Source: Candidatus Multiplicimicrobium inquinatum | GTDB taxonomy: Bacteria; Omnitrophota; Omnitrophia; Omnitrophales; Aquincolibacteriaceae | Reading direction: 5' to 3' | Length of the DNA: 64,000 nt | Assembly: GCA_002344825.1 (NCBI GenBank) | Contig: DDUN01000036.1 | Location: 1,440-65,439, forward strand | Part shown: piece by piece, positions 38,877-49,827 of the stretch | How positions within the stretch are numbered: position 1 is the stretch's first letter | Layout: each line of letters begins with the position of its first letter | Made by a program: the position numbers and the translations under genes | The notes under the pieces: model-generated | Seen by the model: the letters and a program-made list of their open reading frames with translations, nothing else | Told to the model about the DNA's origin: nothing | Databases searched by the model: none

Positions 38877-39248
38877 ATGCTTAAGAAATTCGTTTCGACA
38901 ACAAGTTTTACTGTGGTGTGGCTGTTTGCGTTTTCATTACTGAGCAATTGCTACTGCGCTCCGGTTGAGGTGACGCCTTCATCCCAGTCGATGGCGTCTC
39001 ATTGCAAGCAGCATCCGAATGACTCAGAGTCGAAAGACTCTGATTGTGCGCCGCGTTATCAAGCCGATCAGTTTGAAAATATCTCTGTTGCCAAAAAAAC
39101 AGCAGAGGCTTTTGTGCTCTCTGACATTCCCACGATTGAGGTCGTTTTTGTTCAAGCTGAACGTGAAACCCGCTTTTTGAAATGGGCTGAACCGCCGCCG
39201 ATTTCTTCCCCGCATTTCTTTATTCTGCATCACGCTTTCCTGATTTAA
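38877..39248 (+). CDS. small secreted/lipo- protein of unknown function, Cys/His-containing, upstream of the first RND operon
   Basis: 123 aa with a signal peptide and possible lipobox (LLSNC). The mature part contains CYC...HCKQH...DC. Confidence 0.35.
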   Translation: MLKKFVSTTSFTVVWLFAFSLLSNCYCAPVEVTPSSQSMASHCKQHPNDSESKDSDCAPRYQADQFENISVAKKTAEAFVLSDIPTIEVVFVQAERETRFLKWAEPPPISSPHFFILHHAFLI

Positions 39249-39312
39249 TTCACGGCTTTCCGCGCGGAAAAATTTCTTTTCGCGATTCTTGTTTGTTCAA
39301 GAGGATTAAGCT

Positions 39313-40416
39313 GTGAAAAAAATAATTTTACTACTCATCGTTCTCGCGGTTGTTGCCGTGGGATTTTATAAATGGAATGATTTGCGGATCTTGTTCGGCG
39401 CTACGGATATTTCGCATCAATCGGATGTGCATTCCGAACAATACCAATGTCCGATGCATCCCCAGGTGATTCAGGATCATCCCGGAAATTGCCCGATTTG
39501 CGGCATGCGGCTGGTTAAAACTGAATCCAAATCGGAGGTCGCTCCCGGCGGAACCTTGCCTGCTTCGGATGTGCCCGGTCATGTTACGGTGCATTTAACA
39601 GACGAGAAAATTCGTTCAATCGGAGTTGTGACCGAAACGGTTAATGAAGAGCCTTTAAAGCTGCCTTTGCGGCTTACCGGGCGTGTTTTTTATAATCCTC
39701 AAATCCTTGATCTTCTCTATCGATATCGAGAAGCTGCGCAGGTGCAAATCAGGTATAGCAAGCCCACCGCGGAATTAATAGCTGAATCGCGAGCTGTTAC
39801 CTGGACTTTGCGCACCCAGCTGCGGCGCTTAGGCGTGAGTGAAGATGTGTTTAAAAAAATTGAAGAAAGCCTCAAAGATCCAACCAGTTTTGTTCCGGCG
39901 AATGTTTTTTTTGAAGCGAGTGGAGCTTATATTGATGCGCGTCTGCCCGTTTCTGATTTAAGCCATGCGCATGTGGGGCAACCGGCCCAGATTTATTCGC
40001 CCATGGCACCTGAAAAAAAACTGGAAGGAGTGCTGCGTTCACTGGATTCCGTTGTTGATGCAGCTTCGCAAACTCTTGCGGTCCGCTTTGAAGTGGTATC
40101 GGGGTATGAGCTTTTAAAGCCCGGCATGTTTGTGACGGTTGAAATGGAGCTTGATTTGGGCGTATCGCTTTCGATACCAAGTTCGGCTCTTTTTAATCCC
40201 GGTAAGCGTGCTTATGTTTTTGTGGAAAACGAGCCTGGTGTTTTTGTTCCTCAGATGATTCAGATGGGAGTAATGGCCGGTGAACGCGTGCAGGTTCTGG
40301 AAGGATTAAAAACGGGAGATAAGGTTGTGACAGCGGCTAACTTCTTGTTAGATTCTGAATCCCGTTTTCAAGCTGCGCGCGGCAACGCTGCGGCGGGAGG
40401 GCACTCCCATGATTGA
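39313..40416 (+). CDS. cusB: efflux RND periplasmic adaptor (CusB-like) with N-terminal CPMHP/CPxCGM heavy-metal-binding domain
   Basis: 367 aa. The N-terminal module is YQCPMHPQVIQDHPGNCPICGMRLV. Downstream is a typical membrane-fusion-protein fold (beta-barrel/lipoyl). It overlaps cusA by 8 nt. Confidence 0.85.
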   Translation: MKKIILLLIVLAVVAVGFYKWNDLRILFGATDISHQSDVHSEQYQCPMHPQVIQDHPGNCPICGMRLVKTESKSEVAPGGTLPASDVPGHVTVHLTDEKIRSIGVVTETVNEEPLKLPLRLTGRVFYNPQILDLLYRYREAAQVQIRYSKPTAELIAESRAVTWTLRTQLRRLGVSEDVFKKIEESLKDPTSFVPANVFFEASGAYIDARLPVSDLSHAHVGQPAQIYSPMAPEKKLEGVLRSLDSVVDAASQTLAVRFEVVSGYELLKPGMFVTVEMELDLGVSLSIPSSALFNPGKRAYVFVENEPGVFVPQMIQMGVMAGERVQVLEGLKTGDKVVTAANFLLDSESRFQAARGNAAAGGHSHD

Positions 40417-43400
40417 GAAAATCATTGAGTTTTCAGCCCGCAACAAATTTTTAGTTTTAATCGTCACTGCCGCGATATTGGTTTTATCGTGGCAGGCGAT
40501 GAAAAAAATGCCGCTGGATGCAGTGCCCGATCTCTCGGATACGCAGGTGATTATTTATTCGCAATGGGACCGCAGTCCCGATTTAATTGAAGATCAGGTG
40601 ACTTATCCGATTGTGACAGCGATGCTGGGAGCGCCAAAAATTAAAGCCGTGCGCGGATTTTCTGATTTCGGCTATTCCTATGTTTATGTCATTTTTGAAG
40701 ACGGCACGGATCTTTATTGGGCACGCAGTCGCGTCCTGGAGTACTTGAGTAAAATCCAAGCTGGTTTGCCAAAAGATGTCAAAACAGAATTGGGGCCTGA
40801 CGCAACCAGTGTGGGTTGGGTTTATCAGTATGCCCTTGTCGATGACTCTAACCGCCTTACGTTACCTGAGCTGCGTTCGCTTCAGGACTGGTATTTAAAG
40901 TTTATGCTTCAGGCGGTTCCGGGCGTTTCTGAAATCGCGGCGGTCGGTGGTTTTGTCAAACAATTACAAGTTAATGCCGATCCGGACAAGCTGTTGGCTT
41001 ATGGTCTCACCATGAAAGATGTGGTGGATGCCGTGAAGCGCGCGAGCAATGACGGCGGCGGGCGTTTACTGGAAGTAAACGGTTTTGAATTCATGGTGCG
41101 GTCGCGCGGTTACGCGAAAACCCCTGAAGATATCGGCAGTGCCGCGATACGTACCAACGCCGAGGTGGGCGCGTCTTTACTTGTGCGAGATGTGGCGCAA
41201 GTTGAATGGGGCCCCGATATGACGCGCGGAGTCGCGGAGTTGAACGGGCAGGGTGACGTGGTCGGCGGCATCGTTGTGATGCGGCATGGCGAAAACGCTT
41301 TGCGTGTGATTGAACGCGTGAAATCAAAAATCAAAGAAATTCAACCCTCGTTGCCGGAGGGCGTGCGCGTGGTTGAAACCTATGACCGCTCCGATTTGAT
41401 TCGACGCGCAATTAGCACTTTGAAGCATACGCTGACGGAAGAAATGATCATTGTCAGCGTCGTGATTTTGATTTTTCTTTGGCATATCCCTTCGGCGATT
41501 GTGCCGATTTTGACAATTCCGATTTCCGTTTTGATCGCGTTTATTCCCATGGCCGCGGCGGGATTGACCACCAACATTATGTCGCTGGCGGGTATTGCGA
41601 TTTCCATCGGTGTGCTGGTGGATGGCGCGATCATCGAAGTGGAGAACGCTTACAAAAAACTGGAGCGGTGGCAGGCGGAAGGGCGCAAAGGCGATTTTCA
41701 TGAAATCCGTTTAGCGGCATTAAAAGAAGTCGGGCCGTCTGTTTTCTTTTCGCTGCTTGTGATCGCGGTGGCGTTTATTCCGGTTTTCGCCCTGGTGGAT
41801 CAGGAAGGGCGTCTTTTCCGCCCGTTGGCCATGAGCAAAAACTTTGCGATGGCGATCGCAGCAGTTTTAGCGATTACGCTGGATCCCGCGATGCGGATGC
41901 TTTTCGCGCGCATGGACCCCTTTACTTTCCGTCCGCGGTTTCTTGCGTCGGCGGCGTCGGCAGTCTTTGTCGGAAAATATTATCCCGAAGAAAAACACCC
42001 CGTGAGCCGCGTCTTGTTTCATTTTTATGAACCGATGGTGAATTGGGTTTTGCGCCACCGCAAAATAACCATCGTGAGTGCTTTGGCGCTTTTTTTAGTG
42101 ACGGTGCCGTTTTACTTCAAGCTGGGTAAAGAATTTATGCCGCCGCTCAATGAAGGCAGCCTTCTTTATATGCCTACCGCGTTGCCGGGCATGGCTGCGG
42201 ATGAAGCGCGCCGCATTCTGAAAATTCAGGATAAGATTCTTGCAAGCTTTCCTGAGGTGAAAAGTGTGTTCGGCAAAGCCGGCCGCGCGGAGTCTTCAAC
42301 TGACCCGGCCCCGCTTTCGATGATTGAAACCACGATTGTGCTGAAACCCCAAGAAGTGTGGCGTGAAACCGCGCGCGAATTTCCCGAATGGTTTCCGGCT
42401 AAACTGAAAAGTTGGCTGGGGGCGCGGTTGCCGAAGCGCAAAATCACGATAGAAGAATTAACCTCGGAAATGGACCGTGCCTTGCAGCTGCCGGGTATTC
42501 CCAATATCTGGACGATGCCGATTAAAAATCGCATAGACATGCTTGCGACGGGAATTCGTACTCCCGTGGGCATTAAAGTGTTGGGCGCGGATTTGAAAGT
42601 GATTCAGCAAATCGGCGAGCAATTAGAAAGTGTCCTCAAACCGTTAGCCGGAACACGCAGTGTTTTTGCGGAACGCGCGGCGGGCGGATATTTTCTTGAT
42701 TTTGAACTGAAGCGGGATGCTTTGGCGCGCTACGGTTTATCGGTGGAGGAAGCGGAAGAAGTGATCGCTTCCGCGATCGGCGGCGAAGAAATTTTAACTT
42801 TGCTTGACGGCCGCGCGCGCTATTCCGTGAATGCGAGATTGGCGCGTGACTTCCGCTCGGATTTGGCCGCTTTGGGCCGTGTGCGGGTCGGAACATCTTC
42901 CGGTGCGCAAATTCCGATTTCAGAAATCGCCGAAATTGAGACGCAAGAAGGCCCTGCGATGATTCGCAACGAAAACGGCCTTTTAGCCGGATATGTCTTT
43001 GTCGATGTCGCGGGCCGCGATGTCGGCGGGTATGTTCAGGAAGCCAAGCGCGTGGTTTCCGACCTGCAAATTCCGGCGGGCTATCAGCTTGTTTGGAGCG
43101 GGCAGTATGAAAATATGCAGCGCGTGAAAGAACGGCTGAAGTTTGTCATTCCTCTGACACTTTTTATTATCGCGCTGCTGCTTTACATCAATACGAAATC
43201 CGCGGTCAAAACCGGCATTGTTTTGTTGTCCGTGCCCTTATCTTTAATCGGAGCGGTTTGGATTTTGTACGCGCTCGATTACAACATGTCGATTGCGGTT
43301 TGGGTGGGCATGATTGCGCTTATGGGGCTGGATGCGGAGATGGGCGTATTTATGCTTTTGTATCTTGATTTGGCTTATGACGAAGCCAAACGCGACGGGC

Positions 43401-43669
43401 GCATGCGAAATAAAAACGATTTGCGCTTAGCGATCATTCATGGCGCGGTGAGACGCGTGCGTCCCAAAATGATGACGGTGATCGCGGCGATGGCCGGTCT
43501 TTTACCGATTTTGTGGGCGCAGGGGGCGGGCGCGGATGTGATGCGCCGCATCGCCGCACCGATGATCGGGGGATTAGGCTCATCCTTCTTGCTTGAGCTT
43601 TTGATTTATCCCGTGCTTTACGCGATTTGGAAAGAAAAAGAATTTAAAAAGAATGGGAGAACAGTATGA
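40409..43669 (+). CDS. cusA: heavy-metal efflux RND pump, CusA/CzcA (HME) family
   Basis: 1086 aa, 12 TM plus large periplasmic loops. The characteristic HME start is [19 protein letters not shown]...[18 protein letters not shown]. Confidence 0.93.
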   Translation: MIEKIIEFSARNKFLVLIVTAAILVLSWQAMKKMPLDAVPDLSDTQVIIYSQWDRSPDLIEDQVTYPIVTAMLGAPKIKAVRGFSDFGYSYVYVIFEDGTDLYWARSRVLEYLSKIQAGLPKDVKTELGPDATSVGWVYQYALVDDSNRLTLPELRSLQDWYLKFMLQAVPGVSEIAAVGGFVKQLQVNADPDKLLAYGLTMKDVVDAVKRASNDGGGRLLEVNGFEFMVRSRGYAKTPEDIGSAAIRTNAEVGASLLVRDVAQVEWGPDMTRGVAELNGQGDVVGGIVVMRHGENALRVIERVKSKIKEIQPSLPEGVRVVETYDRSDLIRRAISTLKHTLTEEMIIVSVVILIFLWHIPSAIVPILTIPISVLIAFIPMAAAGLTTNIMSLAGIAISIGVLVDGAIIEVENAYKKLERWQAEGRKGDFHEIRLAALKEVGPSVFFSLLVIAVAFIPVFALVDQEGRLFRPLAMSKNFAMAIAAVLAITLDPAMRMLFARMDPFTFRPRFLASAASAVFVGKYYPEEKHPVSRVLFHFYEPMVNWVLRHRKITIVSALALFLVTVPFYFKLGKEFMPPLNEGSLLYMPTALPGMAADEARRILKIQDKILASFPEVKSVFGKAGRAESSTDPAPLSMIETTIVLKPQEVWRETAREFPEWFPAKLKSWLGARLPKRKITIEELTSEMDRALQLPGIPNIWTMPIKNRIDMLATGIRTPVGIKVLGADLKVIQQIGEQLESVLKPLAGTRSVFAERAAGGYFLDFELKRDALARYGLSVEEAEEVIASAIGGEEILTLLDGRARYSVNARLARDFRSDLAALGRVRVGTSSGAQIPISEIAEIETQEGPAMIRNENGLLAGYVFVDVAGRDVGGYVQEAKRVVSDLQIPAGYQLVWSGQYENMQRVKERLKFVIPLTLFIIALLLYINTKSAVKTGIVLLSVPLSLIGAVWILYALDYNMSIAVWVGMIALMGLDAEMGVFMLLYLDLAYDEAKRDGRMRNKNDLRLAIIHGAVRRVRPKMMTVIAAMAGLLPILWAQGAGADVMRRIAAPMIGGLGSSFLLELLIYPVLYAIWKEKEFKKNGRTV

Positions 43670-45936
43670 AAGACCCTGTATGCGGAATGGAAGTCGCGGA
43701 ACCGCCTAAAATTCAAATGAATTTTGGAAATGAGCTTTATGGCTTTTGTAACCCAAAATGTTTAGAGAAGTTTAAAGCGGATCCAAAAAAATATTTGCAT
43801 GCGCAGCCGCAAAAGGATTTGCCGCAAGCGGGAAGCTACACCTGTCCGATGCATCCAGAAGTGATTCAGGATCATCCGGGAGCTTGTCCGAAATGCGGGA
43901 TGGCTTTGGAACCCAAAGAAGCGGATCAGCCTGAAGAAAAAAACCACGAACTTGAAACCATGTCGCGGCGGTTTTGGGTTTGTTTAGCGTTAAGCGTTCC
44001 GCTGATGGCGCTTGCCATGGGTGAAATGATGCCTATTTTTCATAAAATAGCGCACCAGCCCTGGATCCGTTGGCTCCAGCTCGCTTTGGCAACACCGGTT
44101 TTACTTTGGGGCGGATGGCCTTTTTTTCAAAGAGCATGGGCTTCCGTTCTTCATCGCAGTCCCAACATGTTTACATTGATCGCGATCGGAACCGGCGCGG
44201 CTTACTTTTTTAGCGTAGTCGCTGTTCTTTTTCCTGAAATGTTTCCCGAATCATTCAGGTCCCAAGACGGTATGGTGGGCCTTTATTTTGAGGCGGCGGC
44301 GATTATTGTCACCTTGGTTTTACTCGGGCAGGTTTTGGAATTGAAGGCCCGCAGCGAAACAAATTCGGCTGTGAAAACTTTGCTTGGGCTTAAACCAAAA
44401 ACGGCCCGCATCGTGAAAGCAAACGGCGATGAAGAAGATATCCCTCTGGAACATGTGCATGTCGGCGATAAGCTGCGTGTGCGTCCCGGAGAAAAAGTGC
44501 CGGTGGACGGAATTATTTTGGAGGGAAGCAGCGCCATTGATGAATCCATGATTACCGGAGAATCGGTTCCGTCTGAAAAAGAAACGGGCGCGCGCGTGAC
44601 CGGAGCAACGATGAATGGAAGCGGCAGTTTTGTGATGCGCGCAGAAAGAATCGGAAAAGAAACTTTGCTTGCGCAAATTGTGAAAATGGTCAGCGAAGCG
44701 CAAAGAAGCCGCGCGCCGATTCAACGGTTGGCGGATCTTGTTTCCGCTTATTTTGTCCCCGCGGTGATTTTAATATCCGCGGCTACTTTTTTTATTTGGG
44801 CTTTTTTGGGGCCAGAGCCGCGCATGGTGTATGCCATTGTCAACGCGATCGCGGTGCTGATTATTGCCTGCCCTTGTGCGTTGGGACTTGCCACGCCCAT
44901 GTCGATTATGGTCGGAACGGGGCGCGGTGCCGGCGCGGGGATTTTGATTAAAAATGCCGAAGTCTTGGAGACCTTCGAGAAAATCGACACGCTTGTTGTC
45001 GACAAAACGGGGACTTTAACTGAAGGCAAACCCAAGCTTTTATCGGTTGTGGCGGATGGATATTCAGAAGATGAGCTGCTGGCTTTTGCGGCGAGCTTAG
45101 AAAAGCAAAGCGAGCATCCCTTGGCGGAAGCGATTGTGCGGGCCGCTAAAGAAAAAGGTTTAATGCTGAGCGATGTCAGCGGTTTTAAATATGAAAAAGG
45201 AAAAGGCGTGAGCGGAACTGTTTCAGAAAAAGAAATTATGATCGGCAACAGCAAAATCATGAGTGAGGCCGGAATGAGTATCGCCGCATTTTCAGAGAAA
45301 GCCGACCAGCTGCAGCGCCAAGCGCAAGGCGTGATGTTTGTGGCTGTCAGCAAAAAAGTCGCCGGTTTTCTGAATGTTGCCGATCCGGTGAAAGAATCTA
45401 CTCCGGAAGCGATTCGGCTACTGCATGCGGCCGGGATTCGAATTGTCATGATGACCGGAGATAATTTGCAAACGGCGCAAGCGGTCGCTAAGACGCTTGG
45501 AATTGACGAGGTCAAAGCGGAGGTATTACCGCAGGATAAAGAAAAATATATCCGTGAGTTTCAAGCACAGGGAAGAAAAGTGGCGATGGCCGGCGATGGC
45601 ATCAATGACGCGCCGGCTTTGGCGCGCGCCCATGTGGGGATTGCGATGGGCAGCGGCACAGATGTAGCTATGCAAAGTGCCGGCATGGTCTTGGTGAAAG
45701 GCGATTTGCGCGGGCTTGCCAAGGCGAGAAAATTAAGCCATGCCACGATGCGAAACATCAGGCAGAATTTATTTTTTGCTTTTGCTTACAATGCCTTGGG
45801 TGTCCCTTTGGCGGCCGGGCTTCTCTATCCCTTTTTTGGGATTCTTCTCAGCCCTGTTTTCGCGGGTGCTGCAATGGCGCTGAGTTCCGTTTCGGTTATT
45901 GTTAATGCTTTGAGATTGCGCGTCGTGAAACTTTGA
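43666..45936 (+). CDS. copA: copper(I)/silver-translocating P1B-type ATPase with N-terminal YHS-like and CPMHP/CPxCGM domains
   Basis: 756 aa with DPVCGMEV, then [23 protein letters not shown], then the CPC motif ([11 protein letters not shown]), DKTGTLT and [10 protein letters not shown]. Confidence 0.93.
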   Translation: MKDPVCGMEVAEPPKIQMNFGNELYGFCNPKCLEKFKADPKKYLHAQPQKDLPQAGSYTCPMHPEVIQDHPGACPKCGMALEPKEADQPEEKNHELETMSRRFWVCLALSVPLMALAMGEMMPIFHKIAHQPWIRWLQLALATPVLLWGGWPFFQRAWASVLHRSPNMFTLIAIGTGAAYFFSVVAVLFPEMFPESFRSQDGMVGLYFEAAAIIVTLVLLGQVLELKARSETNSAVKTLLGLKPKTARIVKANGDEEDIPLEHVHVGDKLRVRPGEKVPVDGIILEGSSAIDESMITGESVPSEKETGARVTGATMNGSGSFVMRAERIGKETLLAQIVKMVSEAQRSRAPIQRLADLVSAYFVPAVILISAATFFIWAFLGPEPRMVYAIVNAIAVLIIACPCALGLATPMSIMVGTGRGAGAGILIKNAEVLETFEKIDTLVVDKTGTLTEGKPKLLSVVADGYSEDELLAFAASLEKQSEHPLAEAIVRAAKEKGLMLSDVSGFKYEKGKGVSGTVSEKEIMIGNSKIMSEAGMSIAAFSEKADQLQRQAQGVMFVAVSKKVAGFLNVADPVKESTPEAIRLLHAAGIRIVMMTGDNLQTAQAVAKTLGIDEVKAEVLPQDKEKYIREFQAQGRKVAMAGDGINDAPALARAHVGIAMGSGTDVAMQSAGMVLVKGDLRGLAKARKLSHATMRNIRQNLFFAFAYNALGVPLAAGLLYPFFGILLSPVFAGAAMALSSVSVIVNALRLRVVKL

Positions 45937-45993
45937 GTGCGTTAAAAAATTAATTTGTTCGATTGTTTCTTTAAAATCAACTAGGAGGAAAAA

Positions 45994-46179
45994 ATGAAAA
46001 AACTAATGCTGCTTGCCTTGCTTTTGCCGTTTTTAGCGATTGGCTGCGCTACAGGCAAATGCGCGAAGCATGACATGGGCTCGAACTGCGCGACTTGCTG
46101 CCAAGGCAACTGCGAGCAATGCTGTAAGGGTGATTGCGGTAATTGCGAAAAGTGTTCCGGCGCAAATAAGTGCTGCTGA
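45994..46179 (+). CDS. small Cys-rich lipoprotein, metallothionein-like (13 Cys in a ~43 aa mature peptide)
   Basis: A strong SD (aggagg) sits 8 nt upstream. The signal peptide has lipobox LAIGC. The mature peptide is CATGKCAKHDMGSNCATCCQGNCEQCCKGDCGNCEKCSGANKCC, whose CxC/CC spacing resembles metallothioneins. Confidence 0.55.
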   Translation: MKKLMLLALLLPFLAIGCATGKCAKHDMGSNCATCCQGNCEQCCKGDCGNCEKCSGANKCC

Positions 46180-46310
46180 CGCTTCGAAAACACTCATGAC
46201 GAAGTCATGAAAATGTAATTACAAAGCGTCGTACTTGACCCCGCCTTGAATAAGTTAGGGGACAAGTGCTGATAAACACGCGAAAAAAGTCCACTGCAGC
46301 GTTGCGGATT

Positions 46311-46392
46311 TCGCAATTTCGTGCGGCGTAGGTTTTCACTACGCCTCCTCGATTGCTTATCCGCGCCTTGCATTGGTTCTTTTTTGGCGAGT
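46311..46392 (+). repeat. copy C of the structured intergenic repeat, 3' of the Cys-rich lipoprotein gene
   Basis: GTGCGGCGTAGGTTTTCACTACGCCTCC...GCTT...CGCCTTGCATTGGTTCTTTTTTGGCGA. It is near-identical to copy A, and is followed at ~46408-46445 by a further GC hairpin/T-run. Confidence 0.7.
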
Positions 46393-46556
46393 TTAAGGAA
46401 TTAAAAGAGCCCCCAAATCGGTTTTCCGGTTCGGGGGTTTTCTTTTTAATGAGCACACAACTTATGAAACGATTTTAGAAGCGGCTGCAACCCGCTCAAA
46501 AACTTTTCTAAAATGCCGATCTTAATAGTAAGGCAAAAAGCCTAAAGGGGGATTGA

Positions 46557-47243
46557 ATGAAAAAGTATACGGCAGAGTTTTTGGGGACATTTTGGCTTGT
46601 TTTGGGCGGTTGCGGGAGCGCGGTATTAGCCGCGGCATTTCCGGAAGTAGGCATTGGTTTGCTCGGCGTCTCTCTGGCATTCGGTTTAACGGTTGTGACT
46701 ATGGCTTACACGGTAGGGCCGATTTCAGGGTGTCATCTCAATCCGGCGGTTTCCATCGGGCTTTACGCGGGCGGAAGATTTCCGGCTAATCAGCTTGCGC
46801 CCTACATTGTAGCGCAAGTTTTGGGCGCAATTGCCGCGGGCGGAGCGCTGTATGTCATTGCCAGCGGAAAAGCGGGTTTTGATGTCGCGAGTGGATTTGC
46901 CTCAAATGGTTATGGTGCGCATTCGCCGGGCGGATATTCGATGGTTGCCGCTTTGGTGGCTGAAGTGGTTTTGACTGCGTTTTTTCTGCTGATCATTATG
47001 GGGAGCACAGATAAACGCGCGCCTCAGGGCTTTGCGCCACTTGCAATTGGTTTGGCGTTGGTGCTGATTCATTTGATTAGTATTCCGGTGACGAATACTT
47101 CCGTGAATCCCGCACGCAGTACGGGTGTGGCGCTTTATGTGGGCGGTTGGGCGATTCAGCAGCTTTGGCTTTTTTGGGTTGCCCCGGTTGTGGGTGCCGT
47201 GATCGGTGCTTTGGTTTACCGTTTTGTCGGCAAAGAAGATTAA
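46557..47243 (+). CDS. aqpZ: aquaporin Z
   Basis: 228 aa with both NPA boxes (HLNPAVS; NPARS) and the AqpZ N-terminus [26 protein letters not shown]. Confidence 0.93.
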   Translation: MKKYTAEFLGTFWLVLGGCGSAVLAAAFPEVGIGLLGVSLAFGLTVVTMAYTVGPISGCHLNPAVSIGLYAGGRFPANQLAPYIVAQVLGAIAAGGALYVIASGKAGFDVASGFASNGYGAHSPGGYSMVAALVAEVVLTAFFLLIIMGSTDKRAPQGFAPLAIGLALVLIHLISIPVTNTSVNPARSTGVALYVGGWAIQQLWLFWVAPVVGAVIGALVYRFVGKED

Positions 47244-47264
47244 TCGAAGTTTGAATTTTTTTAA

Positions 47265-47296
47265 AAGCTCCCGGGGTTTTCTCCGGGGGCTTTTTT
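47265..47296 (+). terminator. intrinsic terminator after aqpZ
   Basis: gctcccgggg-tttt-ctccgggggc (10 bp stem including 2 G-U pairs) followed by tttttt. Confidence 0.75.
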
Positions 47297-47329
47297 CATG
47301 ATGAACTGCCTTGGCGTTTATTCTTATCG

Positions 47330-47635
47330 GTGCTAGACTTTGTCTTAATGAACTTCCTTATGAAGCTTATCGGAATTTTGGTGCTTGTGGGCGTGATCAA
47401 CGCTGTTGTAATTGAACCCGCCATTTGCTTGATGCATGAAGACGCTGTTGTTCAACAAGAAGAAAACGGCGATTGCTGCAGCTCTTGCCACCCGATTCAC
47501 TCTCAGGGAGTTTTACCTTCCGCCCTTACAGATACTTTTGCGGTTTTACACGCAGATAATTTTGTAAGCGTTCCTCAATCTTCTTTTTCGGATTCTCCGT
47601 CCCGGTCTATTTTTCGTCCGCCTCTCGCGTTTTAA
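47330..47635 (+). CDS. small secreted or membrane-anchored Cys/His protein of unknown function upstream of second RND operon
   Basis: The track start is a GTG at 47330; alternative ATGs lie at 47348 and 47360. The hydrophobic N-terminus (MKLIGILVLVGVINA) is followed by ICLMHED...GDCCSSCHPIH. There is no clear SD, so this is low confidence. Confidence 0.3.
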   Translation: MLDFVLMNFLMKLIGILVLVGVINAVVIEPAICLMHEDAVVQQEENGDCCSSCHPIHSQGVLPSALTDTFAVLHADNFVSVPQSSFSDSPSRSIFRPPLAF

Positions 47636-47728
47636 TTCACAGACGCAATCCGTCTGTTTCCCTGTCGTTTTGATTTTATTTTTTAAAATCTAAATCCTTA
47701 AAATAAACTTTCTAAATAAAGAGTTCTT

Positions 47729-49078
47729 ATGAAAATCCGTTTTCCATCTGGGTTGCTTATCGTTGCAGCGGTTGTCGCGGTCGCGCTTATCAGCGGGACG
47801 GAGAAATTATTTTCCAAAGAAGCTGAAAGTCTGGTCATTTCGAATCAATTGCCGGTAAAGTCCGAAGCGCGGCATGTGACGGCCTTTGAAGATTTGCTGG
47901 AAGAAGTCTCTGCGAATAATCCCGAGCTTCAATTTTATGAAGCTGAAATCGAAGCGGCGAAGGGGCTGCGTAAAACGGCTGGCATGTGGAATAACCCCGA
48001 GGTGAGCGGTTCCGTTGGCCAAAAAAAGGTGACAAGCGGTGACGGCACCGATAAAGGTGTGGCGAGTGAGGTTGTGGTAACGCAATCGCTCGAGTGGCCG
48101 GGGCGAATCCGTTTGCGCAAGGCGATTGCTGACCGCGATATTAAAGTGGCTGAGCTAGGACTGGAACAGTTTCGCGCTTTGCTGGCAGCGCGCACGGAAA
48201 TGGCCGCTTATAATCTTGTTGCCGCGCGCGAAAAAGCGGCAGCGACGCGTGAAGTTGCGGAACATTTTCATGCTTTGCATGAGGTGCTTGCGCAGCGTGA
48301 TCAAGCGGGGCTTACTTCGGTATTGGAAGCACGAATTATCGAAGGCATGGAGTTAAATGGTCACAGAAACGCCCATGCCGCGACAGCGGCCTATCAAGCT
48401 GCCCTGTTTGATTTAAATCAATTGCGCGGTATGCCGCCTGAATCTGCTATTGCACTTACTAAGATTGATCTGGAATTTAAACCGCTTGAAAAACACACAG
48501 ATGATCTTATGAAGCTTGCGCGTAAGAACGATTTTCAAGTGCGGGTTCGTGCGATGGAATTGGAAAAACAGAAGTACGGCGTAAAGCTCGCGAGAAATGA
48601 AAGATTTCCTGCGATCACCGCGGGACCGGCAATTTCCCAGGAGCAGGCCGGCGAGCGCGAGCGTATTATCGGGGCGCAGATATCCTTACCCGTGCCTTTA
48701 TGGGACCGCAATCAAGGCGGCATTCAGACGGCAAAAGCGCAGCAGTCGAAAGCGCAGACAATATTTTATTTGGCTGAGCGCGAAGCGGAGCGGCGCGTTA
48801 TTGAGGCAGCGGCCATTTACAAAGCCAAACTTGCCGAGATGAGCCATTGGAATCCGGAAGCGATTCAACATTTTAAAGAGGCCGCCGAGCTGGCTGACCG
48901 CCATTACCGTTTAGGTTCAGTGCCGGTTTCGACTTATGTTGAGTTGCAGTCTCAATACCTTGCGACAATTGAAGGATTGCAGCATACAAAAAAAGAAGCG
49001 CTCGAAGCGGCAAGCCAATTGGAATTGCTGACCGGAACCGATCTGTCGTTGGTAAACATAATCGGCGAGGCAAAATGA
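47729..49078 (+). CDS. outer membrane factor (TolC/CusC/CzcC-like efflux channel)
   Basis: 449 aa with a signal peptide and two alpha-helical coiled-coil repeats typical of OMF proteins. It overlaps the downstream adaptor gene by 4 nt. Confidence 0.8.
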   Translation: MKIRFPSGLLIVAAVVAVALISGTEKLFSKEAESLVISNQLPVKSEARHVTAFEDLLEEVSANNPELQFYEAEIEAAKGLRKTAGMWNNPEVSGSVGQKKVTSGDGTDKGVASEVVVTQSLEWPGRIRLRKAIADRDIKVAELGLEQFRALLAARTEMAAYNLVAAREKAAATREVAEHFHALHEVLAQRDQAGLTSVLEARIIEGMELNGHRNAHAATAAYQAALFDLNQLRGMPPESAIALTKIDLEFKPLEKHTDDLMKLARKNDFQVRVRAMELEKQKYGVKLARNERFPAITAGPAISQEQAGERERIIGAQISLPVPLWDRNQGGIQTAKAQQSKAQTIFYLAEREAERRVIEAAAIYKAKLAEMSHWNPEAIQHFKEAAELADRHYRLGSVPVSTYVELQSQYLATIEGLQHTKKEALEAASQLELLTGTDLSLVNIIGEAK

Positions 49079-49827
49079 AAAAAGCAGGGTCATTTTTTTG
49101 GATACCTATGCTGGTTTTCGGGATCATGCTTTTTGGCTGCGGCCGGGAAAAAGAAAAAAGTGATCACGGAAGTGAGTCACCATCCGGCGCTTCATTTAAG
49201 GCCGGCAAAGGGGTTATGTTGACAGACGAAACCCGGCAAATTTTGGGCCTCGAAGTTGTCGATGTCACGGAAGAGGAGCTGCCGCAGGTGGTCGAGTTGA
49301 GCGTTCAGATTTTTGGAGAAAAGCACCGCCCTGAAAATTTGGATCAGGATCACACGGGCTGCGATATTCATGGTTCGGGTTTTCTGCCCGCAGACAAAGC
49401 GGCTTTGGTGGAGGCTGGGCAAGCAGTAAAACTGAAGACTTTGCAAAATAAAACTTTGGATGGGTTTGTGGTTAAGGTTCAAAAGCCGCTTGTTCAAGGA
49501 GAAACCGAAATTATTATCGGTGTGACAACGGCGGATAGCGGGCTCCAAGACGGGGAATTTGCTAGCGCATCCATTTTGATGCCGCGCACCAAGCCTGTAA
49601 CGATTATTCCCGGTTCCGCGCTTTTGCGCACCGTTATGGGAACTTTTGTCTATGCGGTGAATGGGAACGCTTACTACCGGACAGCCGTTACGACGGGTGG
49701 CAGTGCCGAAGGAAAAGTAGAAATTACTGAAGGGTTATATCCCGACGACCAAGTTGTCGCAAAACCCGTTGAAACTCTTTGGCTCATTGAGCTTCGCGCG
49801 ACCAAAGGCGGAGGACATTGTCATTAA
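49075..49827 (+). CDS. short lipoprotein membrane-fusion-protein-like RND adaptor
   Basis: 250 aa with lipobox LFGC. The C-terminal FVYAVNGNAYYRTAVTTGGSAEGKVEITEGLYPDDQVVAKP resembles the membrane-fusion-protein membrane-proximal/beta-barrel region. It overlaps the RND gene by 10 nt. Confidence 0.6.
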   Translation: MKKAGSFFWIPMLVFGIMLFGCGREKEKSDHGSESPSGASFKAGKGVMLTDETRQILGLEVVDVTEEELPQVVELSVQIFGEKHRPENLDQDHTGCDIHGSGFLPADKAALVEAGQAVKLKTLQNKTLDGFVVKVQKPLVQGETEIIIGVTTADSGLQDGEFASASILMPRTKPVTIIPGSALLRTVMGTFVYAVNGNAYYRTAVTTGGSAEGKVEITEGLYPDDQVVAKPVETLWLIELRATKGGGHCH

